A model generated the notes under the pieces. It did no database searches. It was not told where the DNA came from and saw nothing but the letters and a program-made list of their open reading frames with translations. The position numbers were made by a program, and so were the translations under genes. DNA of 64,000 nucleotides from the NCBI GenBank assembly GCA_965215005.1, contig CBDCCZ010000044.1, positions 64,001 to 128,000 on the forward strand, in the 5' to 3' direction. Origin of the DNA: Kofleriaceae bacterium. Its GTDB lineage: Bacteria > Myxococcota_A > Polyangia > Haliangiales > Haliangiaceae. Positions within the stretch are counted from its first letter, which is position 1. Every line of letters begins with the position of its first letter. Shown piece after piece: positions 31,790-43,413 of this stretch.

Positions 31790-32533
31790 GTGGGCACCGA
31801 GGTCGCTATCGAAGTCTCCGAGCTAACGGTTCATTACGGCCGACGCGTCGCCGTGAATCGCCTGAGCGTGAAGATCGCGCGCGGCGAGATCGTGGCGCTC
31901 CTGGGCCCCAATGGCGCCGGCAAGAGCACCTCGCTCCTCACCATGGCGGGTGCGCTGGTTCCATCCCACGGCACAGTTCGCGTTGCTGGCGCCGACCTCG
32001 CCGCTGAGCCGCTCGGAGCGCGTGCTCGAGTGGGCTTTGCCGACCAGCCTCCTTCACTTTACGAGTTCTTTACCGTGCGCGAGCATCTGGCCTTCATCGG
32101 TCGTGCGCGCGGTAGCAATGAACCGGCGCGAGAAGCTGGCATTCTCGAGGCGCTAGGTCTTGGCGGCATCGCCGAGCGCATGTGCCGCGAGCTCTCGTTT
32201 GGGATGCGGCAACGCGTTGGTCTCGCCGCCGCGCTGGTCGGCGGCGTCGACGTGGTGCTGCTCGATGAGACGCTCAATGGGCTCGATCCGCGGGCTGCCA
32301 AGGCCGCTCGCAGCGTGCTGGAACGGGCGGCGCAGGACGATGGCGTGGCTATCTTGATGTCTACGCACCTCTTGGGAGTCGCGGAGCGGCTGTGCTCGCG
32401 CATCCTCATCATGGACAGTGGTGAGCTCAAAGCCGACGTCTCCGGCGCCGAGCTCGACTCGCTGTTGGCTCGTGGCGCCGGAGCGGTGGAGGATCTGTAT
32501 TTGACACTCGTTGCCGACGAGCCGGCCCATTGA
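31790..32533 (+). CDS. ABC transporter ATP-binding protein
   Basis: GPNGAGKST, LSFGMRQR, LLDE, STH. Confidence 0.93.
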   Translation: MGTEVAIEVSELTVHYGRRVAVNRLSVKIARGEIVALLGPNGAGKSTSLLTMAGALVPSHGTVRVAGADLAAEPLGARARVGFADQPPSLYEFFTVREHLAFIGRARGSNEPAREAGILEALGLGGIAERMCRELSFGMRQRVGLAAALVGGVDVVLLDETLNGLDPRAAKAARSVLERAAQDDGVAILMSTHLLGVAERLCSRILIMDSGELKADVSGAELDSLLARGAGAVEDLYLTLVADEPAH

Positions 32534-33819
32534 TGCTCACTTCGCGTGAGCTGATCCGCTGGGCAGCACTCGATGATCGTCGTCGGCGGCAGGCCCGAAC
32601 GGGTCTTGGGGGGCTATCGCCGTGGATCTGGAGCTCGATGGCCGGTCTGCTGCTGTTTGCGGAGAGCGCCCGCGAGCTCGCTTCTGGGGCGCCGGCATCG
32701 TCGGCGAGTCGCTTGCTGGTGGCGGTGATACTGGCAACCCACGTGGTCGTCATGTTCGGGGCATCGTTCCGAATGTACTGGCGACGCGACTCAGCGATGT
32801 TGGCGCGGCTGCCTATTCCGGGGCGGCCTTTGTTTGATTTAGCGCTATTTCGATCCCTCCGCGCCACCGCCCTCGTCAGCCTGCCATGCGCCGGTGGAGT
32901 CGCCGCGATGGCATTGCTGGCAGACCCTCTGCTGGCGCTACGGCATCTCGCGCTGCTCGTGATCGCCGCGCTCGGGGCCGCTCTGTTTGCCCCGGCAGCC
33001 GCTCTGGCTGCCGGAGGCGTGGTGGCCTCGGAGACCGCGCGCTCAGCGCTTTCGAGCTTGGCCGGCGACTTCGAAGCGCCACGCACGTCCTACCTCGGTC
33101 TCATTCCCGGGCTTGCTGCGACGATGGTTGCGTTGCTGATTGTTAGCGCCACAGGCTGGGCAGGCGGCGCCGAATCCACCGCTGTGGGGCCGGCAGGAGT
33201 GCTTCTCGGCGGTGCCGCGGGCGTCTTTCTTCTCGCGGCCGCTCTCGCAATGGCTCGGGCCGCGGCGGTCATGCCTGCGGCGGTGCGCGAAGTGGCTGCG
33301 CTCGATCAAGAGCGGCTGGCTCACGTCGAGCGCACTGAGCCGTCATTTCTAGAGCGTGCCTTTGCGCGTCTTGCTCGCGGCGTGGGTGCGCGCCTGGTGT
33401 TCGAGAAAGATGTGAGTCTGGCGCGACGACGCTATCCAATTCCCTACTTCGTGGGGCTGATGGCACTGATCGTGTTGTGGATCCTGGCAGTGGCTGCACC
33501 TAGCGAAGCGCTGCTTTGGGCCGGGCTTCTGCTCGGCTCTCTGGGCGCGTACGCCGTGGTGATGGCGAAGCGGCTGCTCGTGCCGCCCATCGAGCACCCG
33601 CGGGTGCTCGCGAGCCTCCCATTCGAGAAAGGTGCGGCGGCCAGTGCCAAGCGCGCACAGATGATCGCTTGGGTGGCGACGTACATGCTCCTAGGAGGCC
33701 TGCCTTTGGCGCTGCGGGCGCCACGCCCCCTACTCGCAATCGCCGTAGTCATCGGCATCGCTGCGGTTACCTTCCTTGCGTGCGCCGTGATCGTTCGCGA
33801 GCCCGCTCGCGCGCAATAG
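32533..33819 (+). CDS. Multi-pass membrane protein, probable ABC permease
   Basis: About 10 hydrophobic segments; translationally coupled to the ATPase gene. Confidence 0.78.
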   Translation: MLTSRELIRWAALDDRRRRQARTGLGGLSPWIWSSMAGLLLFAESARELASGAPASSASRLLVAVILATHVVVMFGASFRMYWRRDSAMLARLPIPGRPLFDLALFRSLRATALVSLPCAGGVAAMALLADPLLALRHLALLVIAALGAALFAPAAALAAGGVVASETARSALSSLAGDFEAPRTSYLGLIPGLAATMVALLIVSATGWAGGAESTAVGPAGVLLGGAAGVFLLAAALAMARAAAVMPAAVREVAALDQERLAHVERTEPSFLERAFARLARGVGARLVFEKDVSLARRRYPIPYFVGLMALIVLWILAVAAPSEALLWAGLLLGSLGAYAVVMAKRLLVPPIEHPRVLASLPFEKGAAASAKRAQMIAWVATYMLLGGLPLALRAPRPLLAIAVVIGIAAVTFLACAVIVREPARAQ

Positions 33820-33823
33820 CGAC

Positions 33824-34786
33824 TCACGCCGCTTCGGCTGCGGGCGCGTGAAAAATGTGCAGTGAGCGCGCGCAGGCTTCTGCTTCACGTCCGCTTTGCC
33901 GCAAGTCGAACAGGCACACGACTTCGGTCCGATGCCCCGGCGAGATGTTGGCGATGAAGCGGGTGACCGAGGACAGGATGAAGTAGAGGCCGAGACCGGC
34001 ACCGCCGCCGAGGCCATCCGGCGTCTTGGGGCGCCCGCGTTCAGCGCGAGCGCGGCTCAGATGATCGAGGATTGCCTCTTTATGGAGCTCGCCGTAGTTG
34101 TCTTGTACAGACACAGCGAAATAACGGCCGTCGCTGGCATAGCGAAGCAGCGCGCGGTCACCCGCGGGCAGAATGGTATCCGCGGATTTCGCGATGCGCG
34201 CTTCTTGACTCACTCCCTCACGCACCGCAGGAGCGTCATACAACGCGTTCATCAGTAATTCGTCGGTCACGCTTTCGATCTTTGCGACGACCTGGCGCCG
34301 CGAGCCGCCCTCTTTGGCGGCCGCCGCAATGGCAAATAGCGCGGCACGTTTCTCCTCGTAGCTAGCAATGTCCAGCTCACTCACCTTTGCGCCCCAAGCG
34401 AGATATTTTTCCAGGCCAAAGATGTCGCCGCTGAGTAGCTTTACAGAAGTGACGATCAGCTCGCCTTCGTCGGGGGCGGCTTCTTCGCTGATGATGTGGT
34501 TCATCGGCTGATTGCGGAGCAGCGAGACGACGTCGGCGTCCTCCAGCGAATCGCCGATGATGATGATCTTGCCGCCGGCGGCGGCAATGCGCGCCAACTG
34601 CGGCGGCTCGGTCGCAAGTCGCAGCTCGCGATCGATGAGTAGGATCGCCGCACCTTGCGCGTCGCCATCGAGCTCATCGGCGAACTCGACGCGTGCCACC
34701 ACCGAGCTCAGCGTACGCCGTAACATCTTCTTGAGCGTAGCGCTTCGAGTAACGCAGACTGCTCGCGGAACGCTAGCTGGATCCAT
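33824..34786 (-). CDS. RsbW/SpoIIAB-like GHKL (HATPase) Ser kinase with degenerate receiver-like N-terminus
   Basis: N-box DELLMNA, G1 VSVQDNYG, G2 GAGLGL, no H-box. Start moved to ATG 34786. Confidence 0.72.
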   Translation of the reverse strand: MDPASVPRAVCVTRSATLKKMLRRTLSSVVARVEFADELDGDAQGAAILLIDRELRLATEPPQLARIAAAGGKIIIIGDSLEDADVVSLLRNQPMNHIISEEAAPDEGELIVTSVKLLSGDIFGLEKYLAWGAKVSELDIASYEEKRAALFAIAAAAKEGGSRRQVVAKIESVTDELLMNALYDAPAVREGVSQEARIAKSADTILPAGDRALLRYASDGRYFAVSVQDNYGELHKEAILDHLSRARAERGRPKTPDGLGGGAGLGLYFILSSVTRFIANISPGHRTEVVCLFDLRQSGREAEACARSLHIFHAPAAEAA

Positions 34787-35249
34787 ACGGCGGTGCTCAG
34801 GATATGCCGTCGCGGCAAAAGCCGTCAAATGACGCGGATGAGTGGGCGTTCGATGACCATGTACCGATAGGTCGTTGCAGGCCGCAAGTGTATGTAGTTG
34901 CCGCTCCAACGCAGCGGACGTCATCGCGTGTCGTGTTGGCGATCGCTCATCGTGCACGAGCAGGAGCGCAGCGCTGACGGCACCTCTGGCGGGTGATTCT
35001 TGTCCGAGCACTTCTGGCCAAGGTTCTTCGGAGACTGATACGATAGCTGCGTTCATGGCGGAGCCACCTTCCAGCGAGGGCCGTCCTCCCGGACTGTTGC
35101 CCATGCCCAGCCGCCAGTTTGGCGATGCGGCGTCGCTCAATGGAGTCTTTGCGGCGGCTGCCACTGAAGGAACTGCCGCCAGTGCTCACTCGCGACTACC
35201 GCGTGGCTTGGCTGGGACGCACTCTCCTTACGCGGTGGCGAACGCCGCG

Positions 35250-38200
35250 ATGATCGAAAGCTTGGCGCAACTTCTCGTGCGCGAGGCCGAGAGTCTCATC
35301 GCTGGCTCCGAAGGCTCCGACGAGCAGCTAGCCGATCTTCACGTTCGCTTGGCGCTCATCTCATGGGATGTGCTTGACGATGGCGAGGCAACCGTCCGCT
35401 ACCTCGAGCTCGCCGATAAACATCCCGTAGCGTGGCGCCTCATGCTCGCGCACGGCATCACCGAGGCTCGCGCCGCGCATATCGAAGCCGCGCACAGCAT
35501 CATCGATCAGGTCGTGAGCGACGAGCGTGCCCGAGCCGCGGCGCTACGTGAAGTTGCTGAGGCGTGGCTGTATCGCTTTGGCGACCATCCGCGGGCCACC
35601 GAGGTGGCCAGGATGGCCCTCGAGCTGCGCGGGGATCCAGAAACCGCGGCTGAGCTGCAACATCTCTACATCCTTTCCCTGTCTGCTGCGGAAGAGTGGG
35701 GCGAGCTCGGCGCCGCGTTGGCCGAAGCTGCCACTCATAAGCGGGCGGGTGCGCACACCATTGCCGAGGCGGTGCATCTGCTCTACGACCGCCTCGACGA
35801 CGCCACCGGCGCTGCCGAGCTGCTCGGACGGACTCTCGAGCGTCTCGAACGTACCGCCTCGCCTGAGGCCGCGACGTTGCATGCCGCGCGCGTACTCGAT
35901 CTCGCGTTGGAGCTTCTCGATGTTCTCGGCGAGCACCCTGCGCTCGATCGCGTCGACTTATTGCGTCGTCGACTCGCGCTGCTCGAGGGCAGCAGCAACG
36001 GTGCGGCTGACGCAGCAGCGCTGCGTTACGAGATTTCCGCCGAGCTCGCCAAGTCGGATGCGCCGGCTGCGGTGGCGCTGCTCGATCAGCTAGTCGAGCC
36101 GGAGCCGGGGACCGGCGGCTGGGGCGGCCGGTTAGCGGCGCAATCTCAGGCTCGGCTGGGTCGTCGCCACGGCGACTTTGCCCGCGCAGTGGCTGCACTG
36201 CGAACGCTGGGACGTCGCCCCGGTGGCGGTGATGCCGCTGGTGCGTATCTGTGGCGCGCCGCCGAAATCTCCGATGCGCGTGCCGGCGATGATCAGGCAC
36301 TGGAGCTGTGGCGGGCGGTCGCTCGCACCGACGCGCGCACCGACGATAGTGGCGAGCAAGCAGCGCGCGCGATCGAACGGCTACTTCTCGATGCCCCACC
36401 TGAGCAGTTGACCGTCTACCTAGAGGAGCTCAGCGAACGCGATCGAGCCCTGCGATCAGTGTGTTTACGTCGTGCCGCTGCGGTGGCCGAGTCGCGTCAA
36501 CGCGACTTGAGCGCGGCGATGCGACTGTATCGCGCGGCGCATGGCGGCGAAGGCGACGTGGCGGGTCACGAGGCGCTGTTGCGAGTGCATCGACAGCAGC
36601 GAGAGGTCGACGCGCTGGCAGCCGAGTATCGCGCGTTGGCGGCCGCCTACGTCGAACCACGGGCTGTAGCGACTGCGCTCTGCGCATGCGGAATGGTCGA
36701 GCTTGCGCGCGATCAGCTCGACGCGGCTGAAGAGGCGTTCGTTGCGGCGGCCGGAAAAGCGCCCAAGGATCCGCTGGCGCGAGCGGCGCTCGCCGGGATC
36801 TATCGGCACCGCAAGCGTTGGGAGCCGCTGGCACCGGTGCTCGTCGAGCTCGCGGAGCTGGCGGTGAGTGAGGAGACTCGAATCAGCCTGTTCTGCGAGC
36901 TTGGAAATCTCTATTCGCGGGAGCTTGGAGACGGTCTCAAAGCGCGGGAGAGCTTTGAAAAGGCACTAGAGCTCGACTCCGACAACGGAATCACTCTGCA
37001 TGCGCTCGCCGAGCTCTACGACCGCGCTGGCGAGTGGAGCAAGTCCATCAAGCTCCGTGAGCGCGCGGTTGCGGCGCTCGATGACGATGCGCGCCGCTCC
37101 GTTGTCCTTCTAGAGCTCGGGAACATCGAGGAGACTCATCGCGCTGATCCCGAAGCCGCGCTGCGGGCTTACGAGCGCGCCTTCGAGCTCGACACGAGCA
37201 ACATTGCCGCGCTGCGGGCTCAGCAGGCCGTCCATCGCGAGCATGGCAACATGGAGGCGCTCCTCGCGGCGCTGCGCGTGGAGCTAGAGCGGCAGGCCGA
37301 GCCACCGACTCCTGATCGCCAGCTCGAAATCCAGCTAGAGATTGCGAGCACGCTGCGGGCTGATGGCGCGCAGGTCGATGGTGCCCTCGCGGCCTACCGC
37401 GCCGCTCTAGAGGTGGAACCGGCAAACGCCGTAGCCCTCGCAGGGCTCGAGCAGCTGGCGCGCGAGAGCGGCTCGTGGAAGGCGATGGCAGAAGCCTTTG
37501 GCCGCGCGCCGAGCACCACTGCAAACCTGCGCAACCTCGCTGAGGCTCTCGAGCAGCTCGAGGACTGGCCCGGCTTCGCGCAGGTTCGTTTGCAAGAGAT
37601 CGATCTCGCCGGCGCCGACGCCGATCGCGCGCGATTGGCGCATGCGCTCGGTGAGGTCTACGAGACCAAGCTCGGCGACATCGACAACGCTATCGCGATG
37701 TTCCAGCGGGCCCTCGATACAGGCGTTGCGGCGCACGGCACGCAGCAGTCGCTGATACGTCTCCTCGAAGAACATCGGCGCTGGCCTGCTCTCGAGAAGG
37801 CGCTCGAGCGTGAGTTGGCATCCACGCCTGCAGGCAAGCTCAAACGGCAGGTAGAGCTGCTCTTGCGGCTCGGCGAGCTCAGGCGGGATAAGCTCGATAG
37901 AGCCGCCGATGCGGCGCTCGCGTTCGAGGCGATCCTCGAGCGCGAGCCGCATCACGTCGCCGCGCTCGAAGCGCTCGAAGCGCTCTATCAGACTCTCGAG
38001 CGCCAGAAGGATCTGTTGCGGGTCCTAGAGACCCGCGCAGACAGCGCCGATACAGGTGTGCAGCGGGCCGAGCTATACGCGCGGGTGGCGGCGATCAAGC
38101 AGGAGCACGCCGACACCGAAGGCGCCATTGCTGCCTATCGAGAGGCGTTCAGCGCTAATCCGGCCGACCGCAACGTGTTCACATTGATGGAGAAGCTCTG

Positions 38201-41200
38201 CTACAAGCACGAGCGTTGGTCGGAAGCGTTGGAGCTGTATCAGACCGCCATCGCCCTCGTCGAAGACGGCAACGCCCGTGCCTATCGGCTCGGCGATCTC
38301 TACGCTCGTCGGGGTCAGGTGCAGCTGCAGTACATGAGCGATCTCAGCGGAGCTGCGCAGTCCTACGTACGCGTTCTGAAGATCGACCCCGATAATGATC
38401 ACGCGCTCAAGTGCTTGGAGTCTATCCACTCGCAGCAAAGCGACTGGAGCGGCCTCATCAAGGTGTACGAGACGCGCGCAGAGCTCATGCGAGACCATGA
38501 GCGCCGGCTCGAGACCTTGCGCCGCGCTGCGCGAGTGGCGGCCGCTAAGCTCAAGAGCGCGGCCGAAGCCGCTCGCATATTCGAGCTGATCCTGCGCAAT
38601 GATCCCGCGGATCGCGAAGCGCTCGATGCGCTGGAGCGATACTACGAACGTGCACAAGACTGGAGCAAGCTGGTCGACGTGCTCAAGCGTCGCCTCGCGG
38701 CCTCGCCCGCCGGCGAAGACGCCACCGTGCTGCTGCGGCGAATCGCGCAGATTTGTGAAGAGGGCCTGCGCGACGAACAGCGCGCGGTGGAACATTATCT
38801 GCGCATGCTCGAGATTGCGCCGGGGAGCCGCGAAGCGCTCGAGGCGCTCGGGCGCATCTACGAGTCCACCGAGCAATGGACCGATTTCATCGACGTGACG
38901 CGGAGACAAATCCGGGTAACGAACGATCGCGGCGTCAAGGCGCTCCTCTACTTCAAGTGTGGCTCGGTCATGGAGGCCAAGTTCAACAAAGAAGAAGACG
39001 CCATCCGATACTACGACGCGGCGATCAAGACCTCTTTCTCGTGTTTGCCGGCGGTTCACGGACTGCGAGACCTGCATCGCCGGCACGAGGACTGGCCTCG
39101 CGTCATCCAGACGCTCGAGCTCGAGGTCAAGCTGTGGCAAGAAGACAAAGAGCGCGCGGGGGTCTTCGCACAAATCGGTCGCATCTACGCCGATCAACTC
39201 GGGCAGCCCGAGCGCGCGATGCACTATTATGAAAGCGCGTTAGCAGTCGACCCGGAGTGCTTGCCGGCCAATAAAGCTCTGTTCGAGCAGTACTTTGGCA
39301 ATGGCGATTGGGAACGCGCACAGAACCTAGCGCAGGCGCTGGCACAAAAAGCGATGCGCGAAGGCGACCCCACCGCCCGCAGCGAATTCTATCGCAAGCG
39401 AGGAATCGTGGCATGGATGACCGGCGATCTGCGTGCCGGCGCCGAAAGCCTGATCATCTCGCTCGAGCTCAAGCCGACCAACATGGAGGCTCTCGACGCG
39501 CTGGGAGAGCTCGCAAAGGCCAATGGTGATGCCTACGACTTCGAGGCGACGTACCGCGAGCTCGAGAAGATCTACAAAAAGCGCGATGACGCGCATCCGT
39601 ATCTGGCGCGGGTTCGCGTCGGCCAGGCCTTCATCAAAGAGCGTGAGGGCGATCTAGACGCCGCCGAAGAACGCTACGCCGAAGCAACGGAGCTGTGCCC
39701 CGCCGACTTCACCATCTTGTCGGCATTGGTGGAGCTACACGCGAACATGCGTCGCTGGACGCATGCTACCGAAGCAATCGTGCGCTTCCTGGAGTCGGAG
39801 CCGGCGCCATCGGACGAGGTGCGGTTGCGCGCGTTGATGCGCCAAGCGGAGCTCCACGCCGACGGCGAGATGGACTCGCATCGCGCGATCAGCGTGCTGC
39901 GCGAGGTGGTCCGCCTGGAGCCAAATCATCAGGAGGCGCATTACCGTCTCGCGCAGGAGTATTTTGCTTTGCAGCGATGGGGCGAAGCGCGGGCGGCGGT
40001 CGATCGCTGCATCGAGCTCGCGACCGTTCCGGGCAGCACGGTCGAGCCGGAGACGCTGGCCAGGTTCTATTTCTATCTCGGAAGGGTGCTGGAAGCGGCC
40101 GGTGATGGCCGCGCGGCAGCGGCTCAGTATCGACGCGCTGCCGAGTATGATCCCGGATATGCGCCGCCAGCGCTTGCGCTTGCGCGTCGCGCCACCGAGG
40201 CCGCCGATCAGCGCCAGGCCGAGACGCTGCTCATCAATGCGGCGCACGCCGCGATGGGCTCAGGCGGGCCCTCGGCGGCGGTGCCGTTGCAGCGGGGGCT
40301 CGCGCGCATCCTGCTGGCTTCGGGAGATCGTCCCGCGGCGATCGAAGCCTATCGCGGCATCCTCAACGTCGATCCCGCCAACGCGACCGACCGCGTTGCG
40401 CTCGCGGAGATTTACGCTCTTGATGATCCGCGCAAAGCGATCTCCGAGCTGCGCAAGGTCATCGAGCGCGATTTGCGGCATGCGCCCGCGTATCGCATGT
40501 TGGCATCGTTTTATACTCGTGTTGGCGAGCCTGAGCATGCCACTCGCGCGCTCACGGTCATGGAGATGCTCGGCTTTGCCGACGGCACCGATCGCGCATC
40601 GCTCGCGAAGACCCGCGCGATGGTGCACCGCGTGCCGCTGCGGCGCTCGGTCGACGATGAGCTGCGTGACGGAATGTTGGCTACGGAAGCGGTGCGTGGA
40701 CCCGTGGGCGAGATCTATTCGGCGATCGCTGAAGAGATCGCGGGATTGTTTCCGCAGCCGCTCATGGGCGAGAACCTGGTGCCGATGCAGACGCTGGAGG
40801 ACCCAACGCTGCGAGCCGCGTTGGCCGATACCAGCCGCTTGTTCGGCATCGAGGCGGATGTGTATCTCGGCGAGCGAGTGCCGACAGGCGCGGTGTTGGT
40901 CTCGTTCCCGCGGCCAATTATCGTCATCGATCGCGAGATCCTCACCCAAGCCGACGCTGAGCGCCGGTATCTTCTTGGCTGGGCTTTCGAAGCGGTGCGG
41001 GGCGGCTATGCGCTGCTTTATTCGTTATCGCGACGGCAGCGAATCGAGCTCGGTTCGCTGCTCGCGTCGCTGCTGTTGCCCGAGGGCGAACGTGCCGGGC
41101 CGACCAACGAGTTCATTCGCTCGCTGCCCAAGCGGGCAGCAAAGCTCATCGAGAGTCACGCCGGTAGCGGCTGGGAGCTCGACATCGACACCTGGATCGA

Positions 41201-41432
41201 GGGTATGATGGCTTCTGCCAAGCGCGCAGGGCTGCTTGCCTGTGATGATTTCGCAGCGGCCGTTCGTATGATTGCGAGGCTGAGTGGCGAGACCGCCGGG
41301 GTAGGAGATGAGGATACTGTGGGATTAGGGGCTGTTTTGGGTGGAGCGGATCTGCTGCGATTCTATTTGGCGGATGACTATCATCGGTTGCGCGATGTCT
41401 TGAGCAATCCATCGCCTTCGTCTGCCGCTTGA
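35250..41432 (+). CDS. Giant (~2060 aa) cytoplasmic TPR protein
   Basis: Dozens of 'A...Y..AL..DP....AL..L..LY' repeats and no signal peptide; resembles large myxobacterial TPR proteins such as AgmK. Start moved to ATG 35250. Confidence 0.88.
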   Translation: MIESLAQLLVREAESLIAGSEGSDEQLADLHVRLALISWDVLDDGEATVRYLELADKHPVAWRLMLAHGITEARAAHIEAAHSIIDQVVSDERARAAALREVAEAWLYRFGDHPRATEVARMALELRGDPETAAELQHLYILSLSAAEEWGELGAALAEAATHKRAGAHTIAEAVHLLYDRLDDATGAAELLGRTLERLERTASPEAATLHAARVLDLALELLDVLGEHPALDRVDLLRRRLALLEGSSNGAADAAALRYEISAELAKSDAPAAVALLDQLVEPEPGTGGWGGRLAAQSQARLGRRHGDFARAVAALRTLGRRPGGGDAAGAYLWRAAEISDARAGDDQALELWRAVARTDARTDDSGEQAARAIERLLLDAPPEQLTVYLEELSERDRALRSVCLRRAAAVAESRQRDLSAAMRLYRAAHGGEGDVAGHEALLRVHRQQREVDALAAEYRALAAAYVEPRAVATALCACGMVELARDQLDAAEEAFVAAAGKAPKDPLARAALAGIYRHRKRWEPLAPVLVELAELAVSEETRISLFCELGNLYSRELGDGLKARESFEKALELDSDNGITLHALAELYDRAGEWSKSIKLRERAVAALDDDARRSVVLLELGNIEETHRADPEAALRAYERAFELDTSNIAALRAQQAVHREHGNMEALLAALRVELERQAEPPTPDRQLEIQLEIASTLRADGAQVDGALAAYRAALEVEPANAVALAGLEQLARESGSWKAMAEAFGRAPSTTANLRNLAEALEQLEDWPGFAQVRLQEIDLAGADADRARLAHALGEVYETKLGDIDNAIAMFQRALDTGVAAHGTQQSLIRLLEEHRRWPALEKALERELASTPAGKLKRQVELLLRLGELRRDKLDRAADAALAFEAILEREPHHVAALEALEALYQTLERQKDLLRVLETRADSADTGVQRAELYARVAAIKQEHADTEGAIAAYREAFSANPADRNVFTLMEKLCYKHERWSEALELYQTAIALVEDGNARAYRLGDLYARRGQVQLQYMSDLSGAAQSYVRVLKIDPDNDHALKCLESIHSQQSDWSGLIKVYETRAELMRDHERRLETLRRAARVAAAKLKSAAEAARIFELILRNDPADREALDALERYYERAQDWSKLVDVLKRRLAASPAGEDATVLLRRIAQICEEGLRDEQRAVEHYLRMLEIAPGSREALEALGRIYESTEQWTDFIDVTRRQIRVTNDRGVKALLYFKCGSVMEAKFNKEEDAIRYYDAAIKTSFSCLPAVHGLRDLHRRHEDWPRVIQTLELEVKLWQEDKERAGVFAQIGRIYADQLGQPERAMHYYESALAVDPECLPANKALFEQYFGNGDWERAQNLAQALAQKAMREGDPTARSEFYRKRGIVAWMTGDLRAGAESLIISLELKPTNMEALDALGELAKANGDAYDFEATYRELEKIYKKRDDAHPYLARVRVGQAFIKEREGDLDAAEERYAEATELCPADFTILSALVELHANMRRWTHATEAIVRFLESEPAPSDEVRLRALMRQAELHADGEMDSHRAISVLREVVRLEPNHQEAHYRLAQEYFALQRWGEARAAVDRCIELATVPGSTVEPETLARFYFYLGRVLEAAGDGRAAAAQYRRAAEYDPGYAPPALALARRATEAADQRQAETLLINAAHAAMGSGGPSAAVPLQRGLARILLASGDRPAAIEAYRGILNVDPANATDRVALAEIYALDDPRKAISELRKVIERDLRHAPAYRMLASFYTRVGEPEHATRALTVMEMLGFADGTDRASLAKTRAMVHRVPLRRSVDDELRDGMLATEAVRGPVGEIYSAIAEEIAGLFPQPLMGENLVPMQTLEDPTLRAALADTSRLFGIEADVYLGERVPTGAVLVSFPRPIIVIDREILTQADAERRYLLGWAFEAVRGGYALLYSLSRRQRIELGSLLASLLLPEGERAGPTNEFIRSLPKRAAKLIESHAGSGWELDIDTWIEGMMASAKRAGLLACDDFAAAVRMIARLSGETAGVGDEDTVGLGAVLGGADLLRFYLADDYHRLRDVLSNPSPSSAA

Positions 41433-41612
41433 CGCAGCACCCGAAGAGGGGACCTATCTACATCCCGATGCGAGGTAACAGGACTTACGGAAACATCACT
41501 TGGCCCGGTCCTGGGCTAGCCGGCTCCGCCGATTTCCGTCTACACTAGCTAAACGCGGCGTTCGATCGTACCGTTGTAGTCATTCTTACATGAATTACTT
41601 GCCGGAGACCCC

Positions 41613-42488
<876 letters not shown>

Positions 42489-42606
42489 CGCAGCCGTAGC
42501 GGAGCCATGATGAGTCGTGGCGTGACCGACCCATGATCGCGCGAAGGGGCTGCGACGGCGCTGTGGTGAGTCGTTGCGTGAAGCGTTTACGCAGGCTGGC
42601 GCAGCA

Positions 42607-43164
42607 TCAGGCGACGAGGCCTTTCTTATAAGACAACAGCTCCTTTTGCGTCTTTAGCAGCAACTGGTTGGTCTCGAGGAGCTCTTTCGTCCGGGTGCGA
42701 ATTTGCGTTGCAAGCCGCTCGCGTTCCCGCGCCTCGTTCTCGAGCATCTCTTGGTACTTCACCTGAACGACCGCTTCGTCGGTAACGTTGCGCTGAATCT
42801 CGAGAGCGCCAACGTGCGCGCCGCTGGCATCGGTGATGGGAACGGCGGAGAGGATGAAACGCATCTGCTGCGCCTCACTATCGCCAATGACTGTACCGCT
42901 GATCTCGTCGAGCCTAACGTGGCGATTGTCGCGCCAGCACTGCTGCGCGATGCAGTCGTTTTTGCAGATGTTCAGCTCGATCACGTCGTAGCACTTCTTG
43001 CCTTTGAGCCCGCGCGCCACCTGGCGCGGCAGCATGGCGTAGAACGCGCGGTTGAAGTCGACGATGCGTCGCTCGCTATCCACCACGAAGTAGCTGTCGA
43101 CGATGACCGACGCCACACGCTTGAACTCGAGCAAGAACGATTGGAGCGCAGGAGACACTTCCAT
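42607..43164 (-). CDS. Stand-alone Cys-rich PAS + coiled-coil protein
   Basis: [39 protein letters not shown]; no output domain. Confidence 0.85.
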   Translation of the reverse strand: MEVSPALQSFLLEFKRVASVIVDSYFVVDSERRIVDFNRAFYAMLPRQVARGLKGKKCYDVIELNICKNDCIAQQCWRDNRHVRLDEISGTVIGDSEAQQMRFILSAVPITDASGAHVGALEIQRNVTDEAVVQVKYQEMLENEARERERLATQIRTRTKELLETNQLLLKTQKELLSYKKGLVA

Positions 43165-43413
43165 AAGCTGTGTTGGATTCTACCATTGTCGCTGCGACTG
43201 CAGATGGCCCGCGAGCTTCGCGCTGCAAATTTGGGCCGCCGAGAGCGCCGCGCCGCGAATCCTGTCAGGTCCCTGGCTCGACGGCTGTGATCGAGTGTAT
43301 GGAAGGGTCCGCCGGTTCCGGTGACACCGGAAAACTACGCGCAAAGACGCGATCCACCGCCGGCGAGCGTGCGTTGACCGCTTTGGGTCGAACCCGTAAG
43401 ATCGCGACAACCC

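Noticed and set aside
34787..35249. Overlapping N-terminal extensions of the kinase (start 35164) and the TPR protein (start 34875) in the ORF track
   Set aside because: The extensions overlap head-to-head and look non-protein-like; ATG 34786 and ATG 35250 are more plausible.
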